Below, in pieces: positions 20,934 to 34,239 of a DNA stretch of 64,000 bases (positions within the stretch are counted from its first letter, which is position 1; each line of letters opens with the position of its first letter). The translations under genes were made by a program, and so were the position numbers. The notes under the pieces were generated by a model that was not told the DNA's origin, made no database searches, and worked only from the letters and a program-made list of their open reading frames with translations. Where the stretch lies: the NCBI GenBank assembly GCA_905178155.1, contig CAJINV010000022.1, forward strand, positions 703,073 through 767,072. Reading direction: 5' to 3'. The DNA comes from Amoebophrya sp. A120. Taxonomy: Eukaryota > Protista > Dinoflagellata.

Positions 20934-23900
20934 ATGGCGCAACCGGAATTGTGTCTTGTCGTCAACGACGATGTGTTTGGGTTTTCGAAAGTGGGGACAT
21001 TTTCTCTCGGCAGCGACAGCAGCTGCTCCATGGTGGTGGAAGACCGTGCACCTAAGAAGCTAGTGGTCGTCGAAATAAAGGAGACTACAAGTAAACGCAA
21101 AAATAGCGCTCCTGCGGTCACGGTGACGCCCAGTTTGCCCGGTCACGGCGTCTGGTACAATGGAAAACGGCAAGAGACGCCCTTCGTCATCGAACTGAGC
21201 GAGACCTTCTTCTGCGGAGGGTTACCAGCGGGAGCGAAGCCGAAGAGCGACGACCCCGCTGGGCGGTACTACAAAATCACACTCGACCTCCAGGCTAACG
21301 CGGAAGCGAAAACCGCCGTCGTCACCGGTGACGATGACGACGCCCGGCAACTAATACGCACGGCAAAAATGTCTGGGTCTGGAAGGTTGGAACTTGTAAT
21401 GCTAGCTTTACATTCCTGGAAAATGAAAATCTGTATTGCATAACCAACAAAAGTCGCAGCCTCTTCTGTCATGCAAAGACGCAGTTTGTCATGCGGATTT
21501 CCTATGAAAAAGCGTTTTGGGAAGTTGTCATGCTGGGCTGCATTCGGAGTGTTTTCATCATGGACATTTCAGCATCACAAGTTTCCTGACCCAGACATAT
21601 TTGCATTTGATAACTAAGGGTGAGTGACGAGCTATCCAAAACACTGCCGTTGTTGCCCGAGTTGCAGACCGCGACTGACGATATGGCATTCTCAAACGTT
21701 ACATTTACAACTGTATACATGATTTGTCATGCAAAATTACCATCAACATCCACACGATGCTGCTGCTGCGCATGACAAATTTTTGAAGGGCTGAACAGTA
21801 CTGAAATATGTGCCGAACAATTTGTAATGCTAGAGGCGCAATCTAAATCTATGTCCTTTGACTTTTCGTTTTGCCATTCTTGCATTACAAATTAATGTAT
21901 ACAGTTAAGAGCGTGACGTTTGAGAACCCCATAGACGAAGAGCGAAAGGTGTACAGAGACGCGTGTCTGGAGGCCGCCCGGAGAGAGTACGAGCTGAGCT
22001 GCGCCGCAGGCCCCCAGCTCGGAATGGCGCTCATGGCGATATCAAATGTAAAAGTGTCTGGGTCTGGAAGGATGTAACCTGTGATGCGCATTTCAGAACA
22101 CACAAAAATCTCTCATGCATAGGTAGCAAAAGCTGCTCACTTTCTGTCACCAAAATGGGGGATTTGTCATGCGGGTTCGGCATTGCGTAAGCTTCTCGAA
22201 ACCTGTGATGCTAGCGCTCTCATGCCAGACCTTCTGTGTCATGCAGAAACAGCATGACTCTTCCAGACATAGACATTTTTGCATTTGATAGACGAAGGAG
22301 GCCGACCAAAGTAAGAACCTTGCTTTCGCAACCGCGACGCACTTCGTCAGGCCGAAGCTCCATGTCACGAAAACGGGCAAGATGATGCCCATCTTCGAGG
22401 ACAAGAAGCACAATCCCGGCGCCCGCGCCGCTGAGGATGTGGACGACGAAGATGAGGATGAACAAGATGGAGAACCGCGCGCGAAGAAACGAGACAGGAA
22501 GAAAACCCCCCAGGACAGCACACTCGCCACCAGCTCGAGTGCACCGATGGAAACCTCACCTGCGCCACCGTCTTCTAGCCCAGAGATCGATGTCCATATG
22601 AATGTGCGATTTTGGGAGGAATTACACGACCCCGTTTTCCAGGTCAAAGCGCCACAAGCCTTTTTTGACAAGCTGGAAGAGTTACTCCCCCAAGTAGTCG
22701 AGATCACGAAAGTCATGGACTACGATGATTCCGACCAGGAGGATCTGCCGATTTCATCTGGTACTTTTTATCTATCTAGGAAGGTACTTATAGGAAGGAT
22801 GTTGATCCCCCCTGCCAATATTACTTGGAACCAAAATTTGTGATGCTAATTCGTGGCCGCAACTCAGCTGTGTTTTGCAGACCGGGGAAAAAACTTCGGG
22901 TGCCATGTAGTGGTGTATTCTTCTAGGGCCGATCTGTCGTCATGCGTTTCCGCTGATGACAAAGGTGTTTGTCATGCTAAGTTGCTAGCCGGCTGCATCC
23001 CCAAATAGCTCTCGAGGATGCAGTAAAGACCTACCTTCTGGCTAGGACGGGAGTGGGGATCTTCTGTTTATTCATTTTTATTCATTGTGTTGATGACATA
23101 TGTTGCATGATGCTACTTGCAAATAGAAATACCCTGTATGTGATTCTTGTTCTTCTATGTTCCGCTGAGAAGGAAAAGTTAGCCCATAGAAAGCCATCAT
23201 TTAGAATCGCTCCTAAAAAATTTGAAACAGATCATCTGATGAAAAACCCTTCCACGATCTTTGGTGCCTCGAAGCTATCTATGCATTGCAAATATGTCTG
23301 GGTCGAGAAATACACTGTGGACTTTGTCATGCTGTTCTGCATGACCCAAAAGGAGCTCCGGTATGCAAGCAATCGCATCACTGATTTCGAGGAGCTCCCT
23401 CAATGCTCCTTAAGAATGCCTCTCCCGCATATAGATGAAATGCGAGACTTCTTTGATGACAAGAAATTGGCGACTTTTGCATTCCATGCATGACAGATTT
23501 TTGTCTGATCGAAAAGAAGCATCACACGTTTCAATCTCCCAGTCCCAGACATGCTTGTAATGCATCACCTCCACCACCACCAGGCAGAATCTTGGGAAGG
23601 ACAAGAACGTCTTCAAATACGACGCCGGGAAGTTTGCCAAAGATCCGAGTGCGAGTGCGTCGTCACGGTCACCCCCGAAGGACTATCAAATGCAAATATG
23701 TATGGGTCTGGAAGAACGAAACTTGTGATGCTGCATTTGGAATCCAAAAAAATCTGTATTGCATGAGAGGCAAATAACGGAAGGCAATTTTTGCCACGCA
23801 GAGAGGGAATTTGTCATGCGGAATAGGCATCAGGATGCTGCCCACAAATCTGTGATGCTAGGCCATGCATTACAAGCGTCATAGATCATGCAAAATATGC

Positions 23901-23959
23901 ATGACAAACCTGGCAGTCTTCCAGACCCAGACATATTTGCAATGCATAAGGGCTTAAAA
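20934..23959 (+). CDS. Hypothetical protein with possible N-terminal FHA-like domain; may continue into the 24.5-27 kb exons
   Basis: FSLGSDSSCSMVV...HGVWYNGKR pattern is reminiscent of FHA folds; frame restored across 21355, 21682 and 22040; later junctions incomplete. Confidence 0.5.
21355..21612. mobile_element. Introner family A (TAC start)
   Basis: TSD ACTAA/ACTAA; frame restored. Confidence 0.9.
21682..21933. mobile_element. Introner family F
   Basis: TIR tatggcattctcaaacgttac; TSD GACGA/GACGA; frame restored. Confidence 0.92.
22040..22290. mobile_element. Introner family A
   Basis: TSD GGCGA/GACGA; frame restored. Confidence 0.92.
23280..23566. mobile_element. Degenerate family A element
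   Basis: A-type ends; right terminus decayed. Confidence 0.65.
23684..23948. mobile_element. Introner family A
   Basis: TSD AGGAC/AGGGC. Confidence 0.92.
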
Positions 23960-24475
23960 GGTAAAAAAGTTCGGTCAACATCGGTAGCTGTTTGCAAAAA
24001 AGAGATAACAAGTACCCAGTACTGTAGAAGTGAAGATGCGAGGTATAAGATTATGTTTATGTCGCAAAAGCTGCCAACAAGCATGAAGTGGTTAGAATGA
24101 TGCAATAAAATCCAGGTCTGGCGGATCAAGAGGCGAACGAGTTGGACGCCGATGGCAAACTCGGGTCTCGCATGAAAGGAAACGTGATGCACAGCGATAT
24201 TTTTTCCGGCGTATCATCCAGAATTTTCTTTCCCCTGATCCCAAATCGGACTGGAAGAGGCATGGTTCTTGTACATGCAGCATTCTCATCTTGTCGACGC
24301 TTTGGAACCGTGATAAGCCATGATGACTAGCACAGCATGGGGTCTTCAGCTGTACCGAAAGAAGCTGTCCGTGTTACCATGTACATAGGAATTATGCTAG
24401 TCAGGCAACAAACGAACCGTTGAAGCCCTGACGAAAAGTTGTAGGCGCTAAGCAAGACACACGCGCTTGCAGATG

Positions 24476-26952
24476 CGAAGGGGGAGGGAAAAATCCTTCA
24501 CCATCGATATGCCGAAGATTTCTCGCCGAGCCAGGATGACAAGAAGATAGGTGTGAACAAGCCGTCGATTCTCTTCGGAAGGGGACCCAGCAAGACCATC
24601 AACATCACCGGCAGTATTTTTGGTGACGATCATGAGGTATTGAAAATATATACCTTGCTTGAGGATATGGGAGCGAAATTGAAGTCATTTCACACTTTTC
24701 GAACGAATCTTTTGTGTAGTTCAATTCTAGTTCGATAGTGGAGCAGCGACTTTGATTCGAATTCCTGAAGCGCTTACCGAACAACATACTTTTGGTTTTA
24801 TGTAGCTCGTAGCACATACATCTTTTCATTCCAGCTCAACAACGCCAACATGGAGAGCAACGGTAACAAGCAGGACATCACTCCCAAAGGCAGTAAGAAG
24901 GAAGTTGCGCAGGACGAGAATGATGTCTCCAAGAGCGTCGATGTGAAGGGACATGCCAAGGGAGCTGTGGCCGGCAACGTCGGGTCCGGCTATGGGATTC
25001 TCAAACGCTACACTCTCAACTATTGCTGCATGAATTTGAATTTGTGATGCAAGATCAGCAGTGGTGAAACAGGGCGGAAACTTGCAACTCTCGCACCACA
25101 AAACTGGCACAGGTTTTGCCACTGCTTCGTCCTTCTTCGATTTGTCTTGCAAGGTAACTTGGTCGTATGGCGGCTTATGGTGATTTTGCATGACAAATCA
25201 TGATGTGGTGCAGTCGGGTGCGCATGACAAATCATGACGTCACAGTTTAGAATGTAACGCTTGAGAGTCCCATAGCGGCAAGAGCAATCTTATCGGATGT
25301 AAAAGCGCTGCACTGGCCATTGAAACGCACGCGGAGCGCAAAGTAGGGCATGGCTATGTAGCACAAAATGAAAACCAGGGCCAACTGCAGTCACTGCCAT
25401 GAGCATGAGGCCTGCTGGTATGCATTGAGCGGCAGAAAATCTAGGAGTGATGAAGACACAAAACGTGGCCATCTTTTCTGCAAAGCGGCATCCCGTGCGC
25501 CGTACTTTTACACCGGATAAGCACGGCGGAACAAGTGACTCTCCCCGCCGGTTCCATCCAGGGGCAGAAAGAGTGGGAGTCGGACTCGGGACTCGCGCCC
25601 AAGAACGATGAGCAGGAGCAGGCGCATACGAAGGGAAAATCTGCGGGGGCTGCGGAGGGCAGTGTACGTGCATCAATTTTGAGGATGTAAATGATCCTAT
25701 GCACTGTTGTGCAGAGTCCATTCGTTCATTACCTGCACCACTTCGCAAAACTTTCGTGACGTTTGATTTGATGCTGTACGACGAATTTGTGGTTTCTAAC
25801 TCGAATGCAGATAATAATTTGGTATTCCAGGTCAACAACGCCTCCATGAATAACAGCGGTCGCAGTAACAAGGAAGGTGTACGCACCGCAAATATGTCTG
25901 GGTCTGGGAGACGTGGAACCTGTGATGCTTGTTGTGCTGCATTTTTGTATTTCTCTTTGTAGTGCATGGCCAGCAAAATAAGTACAGCCTCCTTTGTCAT
26001 GCAGAAATGCAGCATGTCAAGCCCACTCGGAATGAAAAAGCTTGGTGTCATGCTTGGTTGCACCCAGATCTCGTTCATCCGTCCAAAACCCAGCATCACA
26101 AGTTTTCCAGACCTAAACATCTTTGCATTGCATAAAGTGTGCCGAACAACAAAAATGATCTTTTCAAGGGCAAGGGCGACAAGGAAGCCCCTGTGCAGGA
26201 TCAAAAGGGCGTGATCGAGGGCGACGAAACGAAGGGACATGCCGTGGTCCCTGTGGCCGGCAACGACGGAAGCGGCGGCGGCAAGAACGGTCTTATCGCA
26301 TGTAAAAGTGTTGCATACGCAATCCGGATATGCATTGCAAATCTGTCTTGGTCTGGAAGATTGCAAGATTTGTAATGCGCATTGCACGTGACCCATGATG
26401 TCTGTGATGCAAGGGCAGGATCACAGAAGATCTTCTGAGCTGTGCTTAATGATGCATATCCCGCAAGAGAAATGCCCTCTCCACCACGACACGTAGCAAC
26501 TACAATTGGGCTGCTTTTGCATTTGCTGCTCAAGCGATACAGATTTTTTGAGAAGAATCAAATATCAGCATCACAAATTGCACTCTTCGAGACCAAGCCG
26601 CATTTGCATTCCATACCAGATTAACTCGGACTGGGTGTGGGAGGTAAGTTATGGAACAAAAATGTATATAATCTCTAGCCAGCAGTCACTACTATCTCTC
26701 CAGCGTCTGGTGACATGCATTCATTGGAAACAACCAACTTGATGAAATCAAGTCATCTTGCATTTGCGTGTTGCGCGACCTGCGCTTCGGTTCGGGGTCA
26801 GAATCCTTCCCCCGTGTCCAATGCTTTTACAGCGGATCAGCATGCCGGACGAAGGGGTTCCTCCAGTCGATGAGAACATCCAGCGCAATCCTTGGACACC
26901 GAAGAAGGAAAAGGCGCCGAAGGACTATGATCATGCCGCGGCCCATACGCAA
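24476..26952 (+). CDS. Partial gene for a low-complexity protein with an internally duplicated exon module
   Basis: In-phase GT-AG introns 24637-24834 and 25664-25830 plus introners; paralogous exons (KGHAKGAVAGNVGSGK vs KGHAVVPVAGNDGSGGGK). Confidence 0.55.
24991..25274. mobile_element. Introner family F
   Basis: TSD CCGGC/GCGGC; frame restored. Confidence 0.9.
25291..25519. mobile_element. Old introner family J
   Basis: tatcggatgtaaaag / cttttacaccggata; no TSD left; frame restored by element plus 5 nt. Confidence 0.65.
25880..26134. mobile_element. Introner family A (TAC start)
   Basis: TSD AGGTG/AAGTG; frame restored. Confidence 0.88.
26294..26838. mobile_element. Old introner family J carrying a nested family A copy
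   Basis: tatcgcatgtaaaag / cttttacagcggatc; same exon position as the 25291 copy. Confidence 0.65.
26329..26615. mobile_element. Family A element nested in J
   Basis: TSD CCGGA/CCAGA. Confidence 0.85.
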
Positions 26953-27114
26953 GGCAATCGTGTCACTGCCAGGGAAGGGACAGTTGCTCTTTTCATCTTC
27001 TTTTTGTTTGTCCTACATTGGATCGGCCGTGAGGAAAATGAGGCAAAGACTGTAGGCAGCCTCAACTCCCACAGCAGCGCTTTAGGCGGATGATTGCAAC
27101 GCATGATCGATCCA

Positions 27115-27374
27115 TATCAAGTTCAAATATGTCTGGGTCTGGATTAGTGTGAGGTTTGTCATGCTTGGCAAACAAGATTCTCAAGTCTGTCATGCGCGTG
27201 ACTCGACTGGCCCATTTTTCTGTCAGGCAGGAACGCAGTTTGTCATGCAGAATTGGCAACATCTAGGAGTTCCGAAATTGTCATGCTGAAGCTGAGCTAC
27301 CTCTTGTGGACTCCTCATGTTGATGCGCCTCTCACCGTGCAAATTTCCAGACCGAGACATATTTGCAATGCATA
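27115..27374. mobile_element. Family A element
   Basis: TSD ATCCA/ATCCG. Confidence 0.88.
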
Positions 27375-27450
27375 ATCCGAAAGCAAAAGCAACTTTCCGA
27401 GGGTTGTCCGGCTTCCGCGACAGTAACACGACTATTTGCCTGCTCCATAG

Positions 27451-27693
27451 TATCGCAAGAAAAAACTGTTTCACTGTATCTGTAAACTTGTGATGCATAG
27501 ACATAGAATGCTTTCGCGACGCGTTTGTCTTGCTACATCACATGCATGCAACACAGACGCATTTGTTTGGGTTTATCAACGTGTTTTCCCTACTTAGCAC
27601 GTACGCATGGCAAGTTTTTTTTGTTGGGTGTCACGAATTTGTAATGCAAAATTTGCAAAATCCTCACAGTGAAACACTTTTTTTCTCACGATA
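27451..27693. mobile_element. Family B element
   Basis: TSD CATAG/CACAG. Confidence 0.88.
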
Positions 27694-28277
27694 CACAGCT
27701 TTGAAATACGGTAAGTGTTTGCTTTTGTGGACTTTGGTAAAAGCGCACCGCTCTCTGGCTCTCTGTCTTGTTGTGCAGCACTTTTCAAAAGTAGCATGCT
27801 AGTATGACTAGGGGTAGTAGCTACAGCACCACGCCAAGGAGAACATACGGCTTTAATAGCGGTAGTCCCACGCCCAGTGAGGACGTTACGCTACGCAGTT
27901 ATGCCGGCTCAGCATGAGAAGATTCACCCACATCGTGCATGAATGTCTCCTGACCCTTCGTCAGTCACCGCATAACAAAAAAATTGTCTACCAGCCAAGA
28001 CCGATTACCTGTACATATCCTGATGAGCATGACACTTCTCTCTCACCTCACCAATTTGACATGACAACGACCCCAGCAGCCTGTGCCGAATTGTTTTTCG
28101 CGAGGACCGGTCGCTATCGCGAAGGGACAGACCAGGGTTTGCAGTTCGGGCCGAACTGCAAACCCTGGTCTGTCGGTGGACATGGTGTTGAAAAAAATGG
28201 TGTATAGGATGTACCAGTGCACAGTACTAATTGTGGGTTCTACGAGTAGTATTCGAACATTGCCTGGCACCATAGAG

Positions 28278-28545
28278 TATCAAGGGCAAATATGTCTGGG
28301 TCTGGAAAAGTGCAAGATTTCTCGTCAAGTTCGACTAGCGAGGCGCTCAAGTCTGTCATGCACGTTAACGAAAAGTCCCACTTTTCTGTGATGCAGAAAC
28401 GCAGTTTGTCATGCAGAACAGACAAGTACAAGACCTAAAACCTCAGAAACTTGTCATGCTGAGCCATCGCTTGTGGCGCTGTCATGCTACGCCACCCAGC
28501 ATTACAAATTGAAACTTCCGGACCCACACACATTTGCAATCCATA
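28278..28545. mobile_element. Family A element
   Basis: TSD TAGAG/TCGAG. Confidence 0.85.
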
Positions 28546-31500
28546 TCGAGGTGGGAAGATGCTGTCTTTGAAGATGATACCAGGCTACCGACTACGCCAC
28601 CCGGTGGACTTTATCAAGTCGCAAAAGGCCTGCATCTTTTACCTGCATTACAGAATGTGTATTTTTTTGCAGAGGCAAAAGTGGCAGCGAATGATTTGAG
28701 ATTTCCACCATCATGTTGTTTGCATGATCAGAAAAACTGGACGACCTCAAAGACGCGATCGCATTTTTTGCACGACGGTACCGGGCGACCATTCCCCGGT
28801 AATCATTTTCTGTTGTGCGCGTCCATGTCCTGCCGTTTCTACGTATCCAACTTTGCGTTCCTTAGCAGGAGAAAGCTGGTCCGTTTCGGCTTAATAAGCG
28901 AAGGCCCAGGTTTACGCCAAGTACCACTGACCACCTGGTTCTCGAGCTAGTTGCCCAGGCGGGAGCGAAATCGCTAGCATGCACTATCAGTATTCGTTTC
29001 TGTGATATCTTTGGACCAGATGTTCCGGACACTGCCAGGTCGCGCGACCACGTATTGCATGATAATGCTTGATTTTCTTAGCGCCTGGCGCCCATTGCTG
29101 TGCAGGGTGGTCAGTACAAAGAGCAGACCCAAATTATCGCACCACGAAACACATCTGTACTAATATGACCGACTGTAGAAAACGAGGACACTTTCGGTCA
29201 TCAACATGCATTTTTTAGGAAAGCTAGACCGAGAATCTGGTTCCTTCTTTGGATACGGCCCGGAACGAACTCGAGATCCACGATGACCAAGGCACCACCC
29301 CACGCCGGTCGAAGAAAAACGACGCCCGGAAGGTAATCGTCATCGCACAGAACGCCAGCGGGAAACCGCACGAGCTATGCTCTGAAGAAATCACAACTAC
29401 ACACGTGCCAGAATGTTATGCATTCCTCATTTTTTTTCATGTGATGAACCAGGGACAGTTTTTAGCTTTTCGTGCACATTTACTGCCCATCACCGGTTTA
29501 ATCGAGGGCTGCTTAGCGGGTGTGTTGGTTGTGATTGTTCTGAACTTCTATACGCCAAGGAATGTGACGAACACAACAACACAAACGTGAAGATATGGAA
29601 GGAGGACCCGGACTTCAAAGACTGGTGCAAACAGGCAAAGTATCCAAGGGAGAAAGTACGTGCATGCGCGCATAACAATCAGCATTGCAACAACAGCAGC
29701 GGCCATGCGACGACTCCCAGTAAACAGACTTTGCTGCGCTGCTGTTGCTGCAGAGTGGACCACGTTTATTTGAGCAGTATTTTTCCCTTGGATAGCGTGG
29801 CGTTCTACCGTCCCGCTGATGCTGCCGCGAAGAATCCGGAGAAAAGCTAAAGTATGATAGAATCGTAACGAGTGTCGATCAAAGTGAAATTGCAAAGATT
29901 ACTAGTAGAATTTCAGTTTTTTGACCGCAGACTCAGAAAGATATATCCTGTTAAATGACGTGCCCATCCAAGTTCTGTCATGCAAATCTTGACGCCTGAA
30001 GACAAAATGTTCCTCATGCGCAGCCCTAGCATGAGAGGAATTTTCTAAATGTTCTCTGCACTAGGCATCCGCAGACGACTATAGAGTAACCTAAAATTTG
30101 TCATGCGTAGCAGCGAAAAGCTGTTGCATGTGTAGCCCAACTTCCATGCTGGCGATAGGATGGGATCGTTAACGTTTTTCTTCAGCATACTAATGACCTC
30201 ACAGCTTGTGCCACACATAGATGGTGACATTTGATGAAAAGCAACAGGCCCGATTTTTCTTGTGCTAGATTTTGCTTAAGTATTGTTTCCTGTTCCTGAT
30301 AACACGTATGATTTTTTCTTTCTTAACGACTTTTTTTTTCACTCACTGGGCACATTAGTGTAAATCTGACGTAGTAGGCTTCTTGATCTTACTGCGCAGG
30401 ATTTCAAACTGCAAAACCCCTTTTTCTGTAGATTGATGGGAAATTCTTTTTTCTCCAGGACAATTTGTGTTTTCTTTTTTATAAAAGGGTTAGGTCCTGC
30501 TGTTATCGGCGCAAATTTTTTCAGACACTGTCGGGCATGCACATCACGCGAACGGGAAGAATGGTTTTGCCTGTGCACAGGAAAAGCTGTTCCCCCTTTT
30601 CCTAGTCGGAGTCGAAAGAAGCTGCTTTATTGACACTTCAAGACAGTGCAAGCCGACGCGACTCTAAGCTGCGGAGGTTGGTTGTAGGACGTATCAGAAG
30701 TATTGGAAGATAAAGCATTTCTCGAAAATGCGTTCGGCAATGATTTCTCTGGTAGGGTCCGAACCAATCTAGTTGTGCTGGATAAAAAACTGCCTCCGGA
30801 AGTGTCCACGAAGTTCACGTCAGTAGCTGATAAATGATGGCATCGTCGCTGGTCACCGGGCCTTTTGTTCTGTCTCTATAATATAGCAAAGAACTAGAAC
30901 GCGCAGCCCAAATTACATGTACGAGGCCAGCATGCGGCGCATTACAAGATGCAGTAGGTCTTTGTCTTTATTTAAAAGCTTGTAGCAGAAACAGCGCCAC
31001 TTCAAACCTTGACACAGCAGGAAGTGGCAGCAACAAGAACACAAGATCAAGATGCTAGCGCCATTTACATTTTAGTGTTGGTTTTACGTAAATTGTATTT
31101 ATTTTTTAAAACTGGTGACAGCCTACGATTTACAGAAAACCCTAACAACCAATGAGTCCCGGCGCCACGATCTTAGCGGCCGCATCCGAGCATGCGAAGA
31201 TGCACCGAATTTGTTGTCTTCTACTTTTCTAATGTAAAGGGTTTCTTGTATGTTATTCCTACGTAGAATTGAGAGACAGCTTCGCGGAAGTAGAATTAAC
31301 GGCGCCATCGATGACAAACCGAGATTTTGCAAAAGGCTTTGCTGTTCGGCTTGAATGTAAGTGAGCACAGAGCTAAAGATCTTGTCCGCTGGAAGGACAA
31401 CGAAGCAAAATGTGCCCTATTCTTTGATAGAATACGCGTTCAGCTTTGAGATGGTTCGCACAGTCGCAAATATACTGCTCGCAAGATGAAGTAAGACGTA

Positions 31501-32179
31501 GTTGATGGTAGACTTAATTTGGGTTTTTTGAAATGAGGCTGAAGAAAAGCGGTCCTCGTCGTCACGATCGTCCTCCGATTTACCGTGGCTCTGTGCTGCA
31601 AATTTACTTGTTCTCCATGTCGTCACCCACCTCCCGTGACGCAGGTAAGACGCCACGACTCGTGGCCACCCAAACAAACCAGGGACCGCACTTATAGATG
31701 CGTCGCAAACGCCTCTGAACTCATTTCGGTAACGTTTCCGCAAAGTCCCGTTTTCCTTGATTAGTTTTCAGAATACATCAGTACCTGGCTCGCGTTTCGG
31801 TACTAGCGGCCTGATGTAACAGTACTGCGAAGGGGAGGGAAAACTCGTCGTTTCGGTCACAAGACGACTTTTATTGCTGTCAATACGAGTCGAATTAATC
31901 TCCCCCGTGTGCCCACCTCTCTGTCTGTCTCCATCAGTCGAAAAGACCTCCCCCGTGTCGGTCCACCACGGTATTAGCCCTTTCGGTCGAAGTCAGTCGG
32001 TACGGGTTTTTTCTCCATAGCGCGCACACAATCTAGAGGATCGTCTGAAGAGGAGAAAGCGGGCTTTTTGGCGTTCCAGGTTTTTGCACATTGTGTGCCT
32101 TCCGGGCTATGTGCACATTGTGTGCCTTCCCGGCCTTTGGGCTATCAGGGTGCAGCACGTTTTTCATCAGCCCATCGCG

Positions 32180-33745
32180 ATGAAGTTCTGGTGGCCGTGC
32201 ATCACATTTTGCATCAGTTTCCCAGAAAGTGATGCAAAAAGTGATGTACTCCCGACAAAATTCTGGTGGCCGTGCATCACTTCTTGCATCACTTTCCCAG
32301 AAAGTGGTGCAAAAAGTGATGTACTCCCGACAAAATTCTGGTGGCCGTGCATCACTTTTTGCATCACTTTCCCAGAAAGTGATGCAGAAAGTGATGCATC
32401 CGCGACGGAATTCTGGTGGCCGTGCATCACTTTTTGCACAGGCCGGAAAAGTGATGCAAAAAGTGATGCATCCACGACGGAATTCTGTTGGCCGTGCATC
32501 ACTTCTTGCATCACTTTCCCAGAAAGTGATGCAAAAAGTGATGTACTCACGACAAAATTCTGGTGGCCGTGCATCACTTTTTGCATCACTTTCCCAGAAA
32601 GTGATGCAGAAAGTGATGCATCCGCGACGGAATTCTGGTGGCCGTGCATCACTTTTTGCACAGGCCGGAAAAGTGATGCAAAAAGTGATGCATCCGCGAC
32701 GGAATTCTGTTGGCCGTGCATCACTTCTTGCATCACTTTCCCAGAAAGTGATGCAAAAAGTGATGTACTCACGACAAAATTCTGGTGGCCGTGCATCACT
32801 TTTTGCATCACTTTCCCAGAAAGTGATGCAAAAAGTGATGCATCCGCGACGGAATTCTGGTGGCCGTGCATCACTTTTTGCACAGGCCGGAAAAGTGATG
32901 CAAAAAGTGATGCATCCGCGACGGAATTCTGTTGGCCGTGCATCACTTCTTGCATCACTTTCCCAGAAAGTGATGCAAAAAGTGATGTACTCACGACAAA
33001 ATTCTGGTGGCCGTGCATCACTTTTTGCATCACTTTCCCAGAAAGTGATGCAGAAAGTGATGCATCCGCGACGGAATTCTGGTGGCCGTGCATCACTTTT
33101 TGCACAGGCCGGAAAAGTGATGCAAAAAGTGATGCATCCGCGACGGAATTCTGTTGGCCGTGCATCACTTCTTGCATCACTTTCCCAGAAAGTGATGCAA
33201 AAAGTGATGTACTCACGACAAAATTCTGGTGGCCGTGCATCACTTTTTGCATCACTTTCCCAGAAAGTGATGCAAAAAGTGATGCATCCGCGACGGAATT
33301 CTGGTGGCCGTGCATCACTTTTTGCACAGGCCGGAAAAGTGATGCAAAAAGTGATGCATCCGCGACGGAATTCTGTTGGCCGTGCATCACTTCTTGCATC
33401 ACTTTCCCAGAAAGTGATGCAAAAAGTGATGTACTCACGACAAAATTCTGGTGGCCGTGCATCACTTTTTGCATCACTTTCCCAGAAAGTGATGCAGAAA
33501 GTGATGCATCCGCGACGGAATTCTGGTGGCCGTGCATCACTTTTTGCACCGGCCGGAAAAGTGATGCAAAAAGTGATGCATCCGCGACGGAATTCTGGTG
33601 TCCGTGCATCACTTTTTGCACCGGCCGGAAAAGTGATGCAAAAAGTGATGCATCCACGACGGAATTCTGTTGGCCGTGCATCACTTCTTGCATCACTTTC
33701 CCAGAAGGTGACGCAGAAAGTGACGCATCCACGACGGAATTCTAG
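32180..33745. repeat. Palindromic satellite, 72-75 bp monomers in a 222-bp three-monomer higher-order repeat
   Basis: gacaaaattctggtggcc recurs every 222 bp (32551, 32773...); monomers contain tgcatcactttttgcatcactttc-cca-gaaagtgatgcaaaaagtgatgca. Confidence 0.97.
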
Positions 33746-33749
33746 TGGC

Positions 33750-34230
33750 CTCCTTGCAAAACTGTAAAACTTTGGGGGGTGGGACTTTGTGATGCAAATT
33801 CTTGCTGATTCTGGTTCGCCAGAATTTGCGCCACAGGCTTACCACTTCTTCTTGGCTAAAAACTTGCAGCGCTTCCACGTAGAAATGGGTGCGCTGTAAG
33901 ATTTTGAAAGATGGGACGTTAGCATCACAGCTCTGCCACTTCTCCTTGGCCTCAAACTTGGCAACGCTCCCACGTAGAAATGGGCGTGCTGTAAAATTTT
34001 GGACGGTGGCGCTTTATGATGCAAATTCTGAGAGAGATAGACCGTGGCTCGCCAGAATTGCATCACAGATTTGCCACCTCTTCTTGGCCCCAAAATTGGC
34101 GACGCTCCCACGTAGAACTGGGCACGCTGTAAAATTTTGTTGGGAGGGGCTCCCTGATCCAAATGCCGGCTGATTCTGGTTCGCCAGAATTTGCACCACA
34201 GGTTTGCCACTTCGGTCTTCTTGGCCCCAA
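33750..34230. repeat. Degenerate repeats, about 3 copies
   Basis: ccacgtagaa(a/c)tggg at ~33876, 33970, 34108; tcgccagaatt three times. Confidence 0.75.
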
Positions 34231-34239
34231 AAAGGTCCG

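Noticed and set aside
24961-25290. Walker A-like AVAGNVGSGKS formed after removing the F element
   Set aside because: Low-complexity context, no Walker B, and the paralogous exon reads GNDGSGGGK.
25290-26396. 368-aa minus-strand ORF
   Set aside because: Runs antisense through exons, a GT-AG intron and introners of a coherent + strand gene.
31123-31743. Minus-strand ORFs in frame across one TAG (similar case at 59263-59784): stop readthrough or pseudogene
   Set aside because: No recognisable protein features, and other genes here appear to end normally at TAA, TAG and TGA.
32084-33767. Three overlapping ORFs over 500 aa
   Set aside because: Open in several frames on both strands because monomer lengths are multiples of 3; satellite, not a gene.
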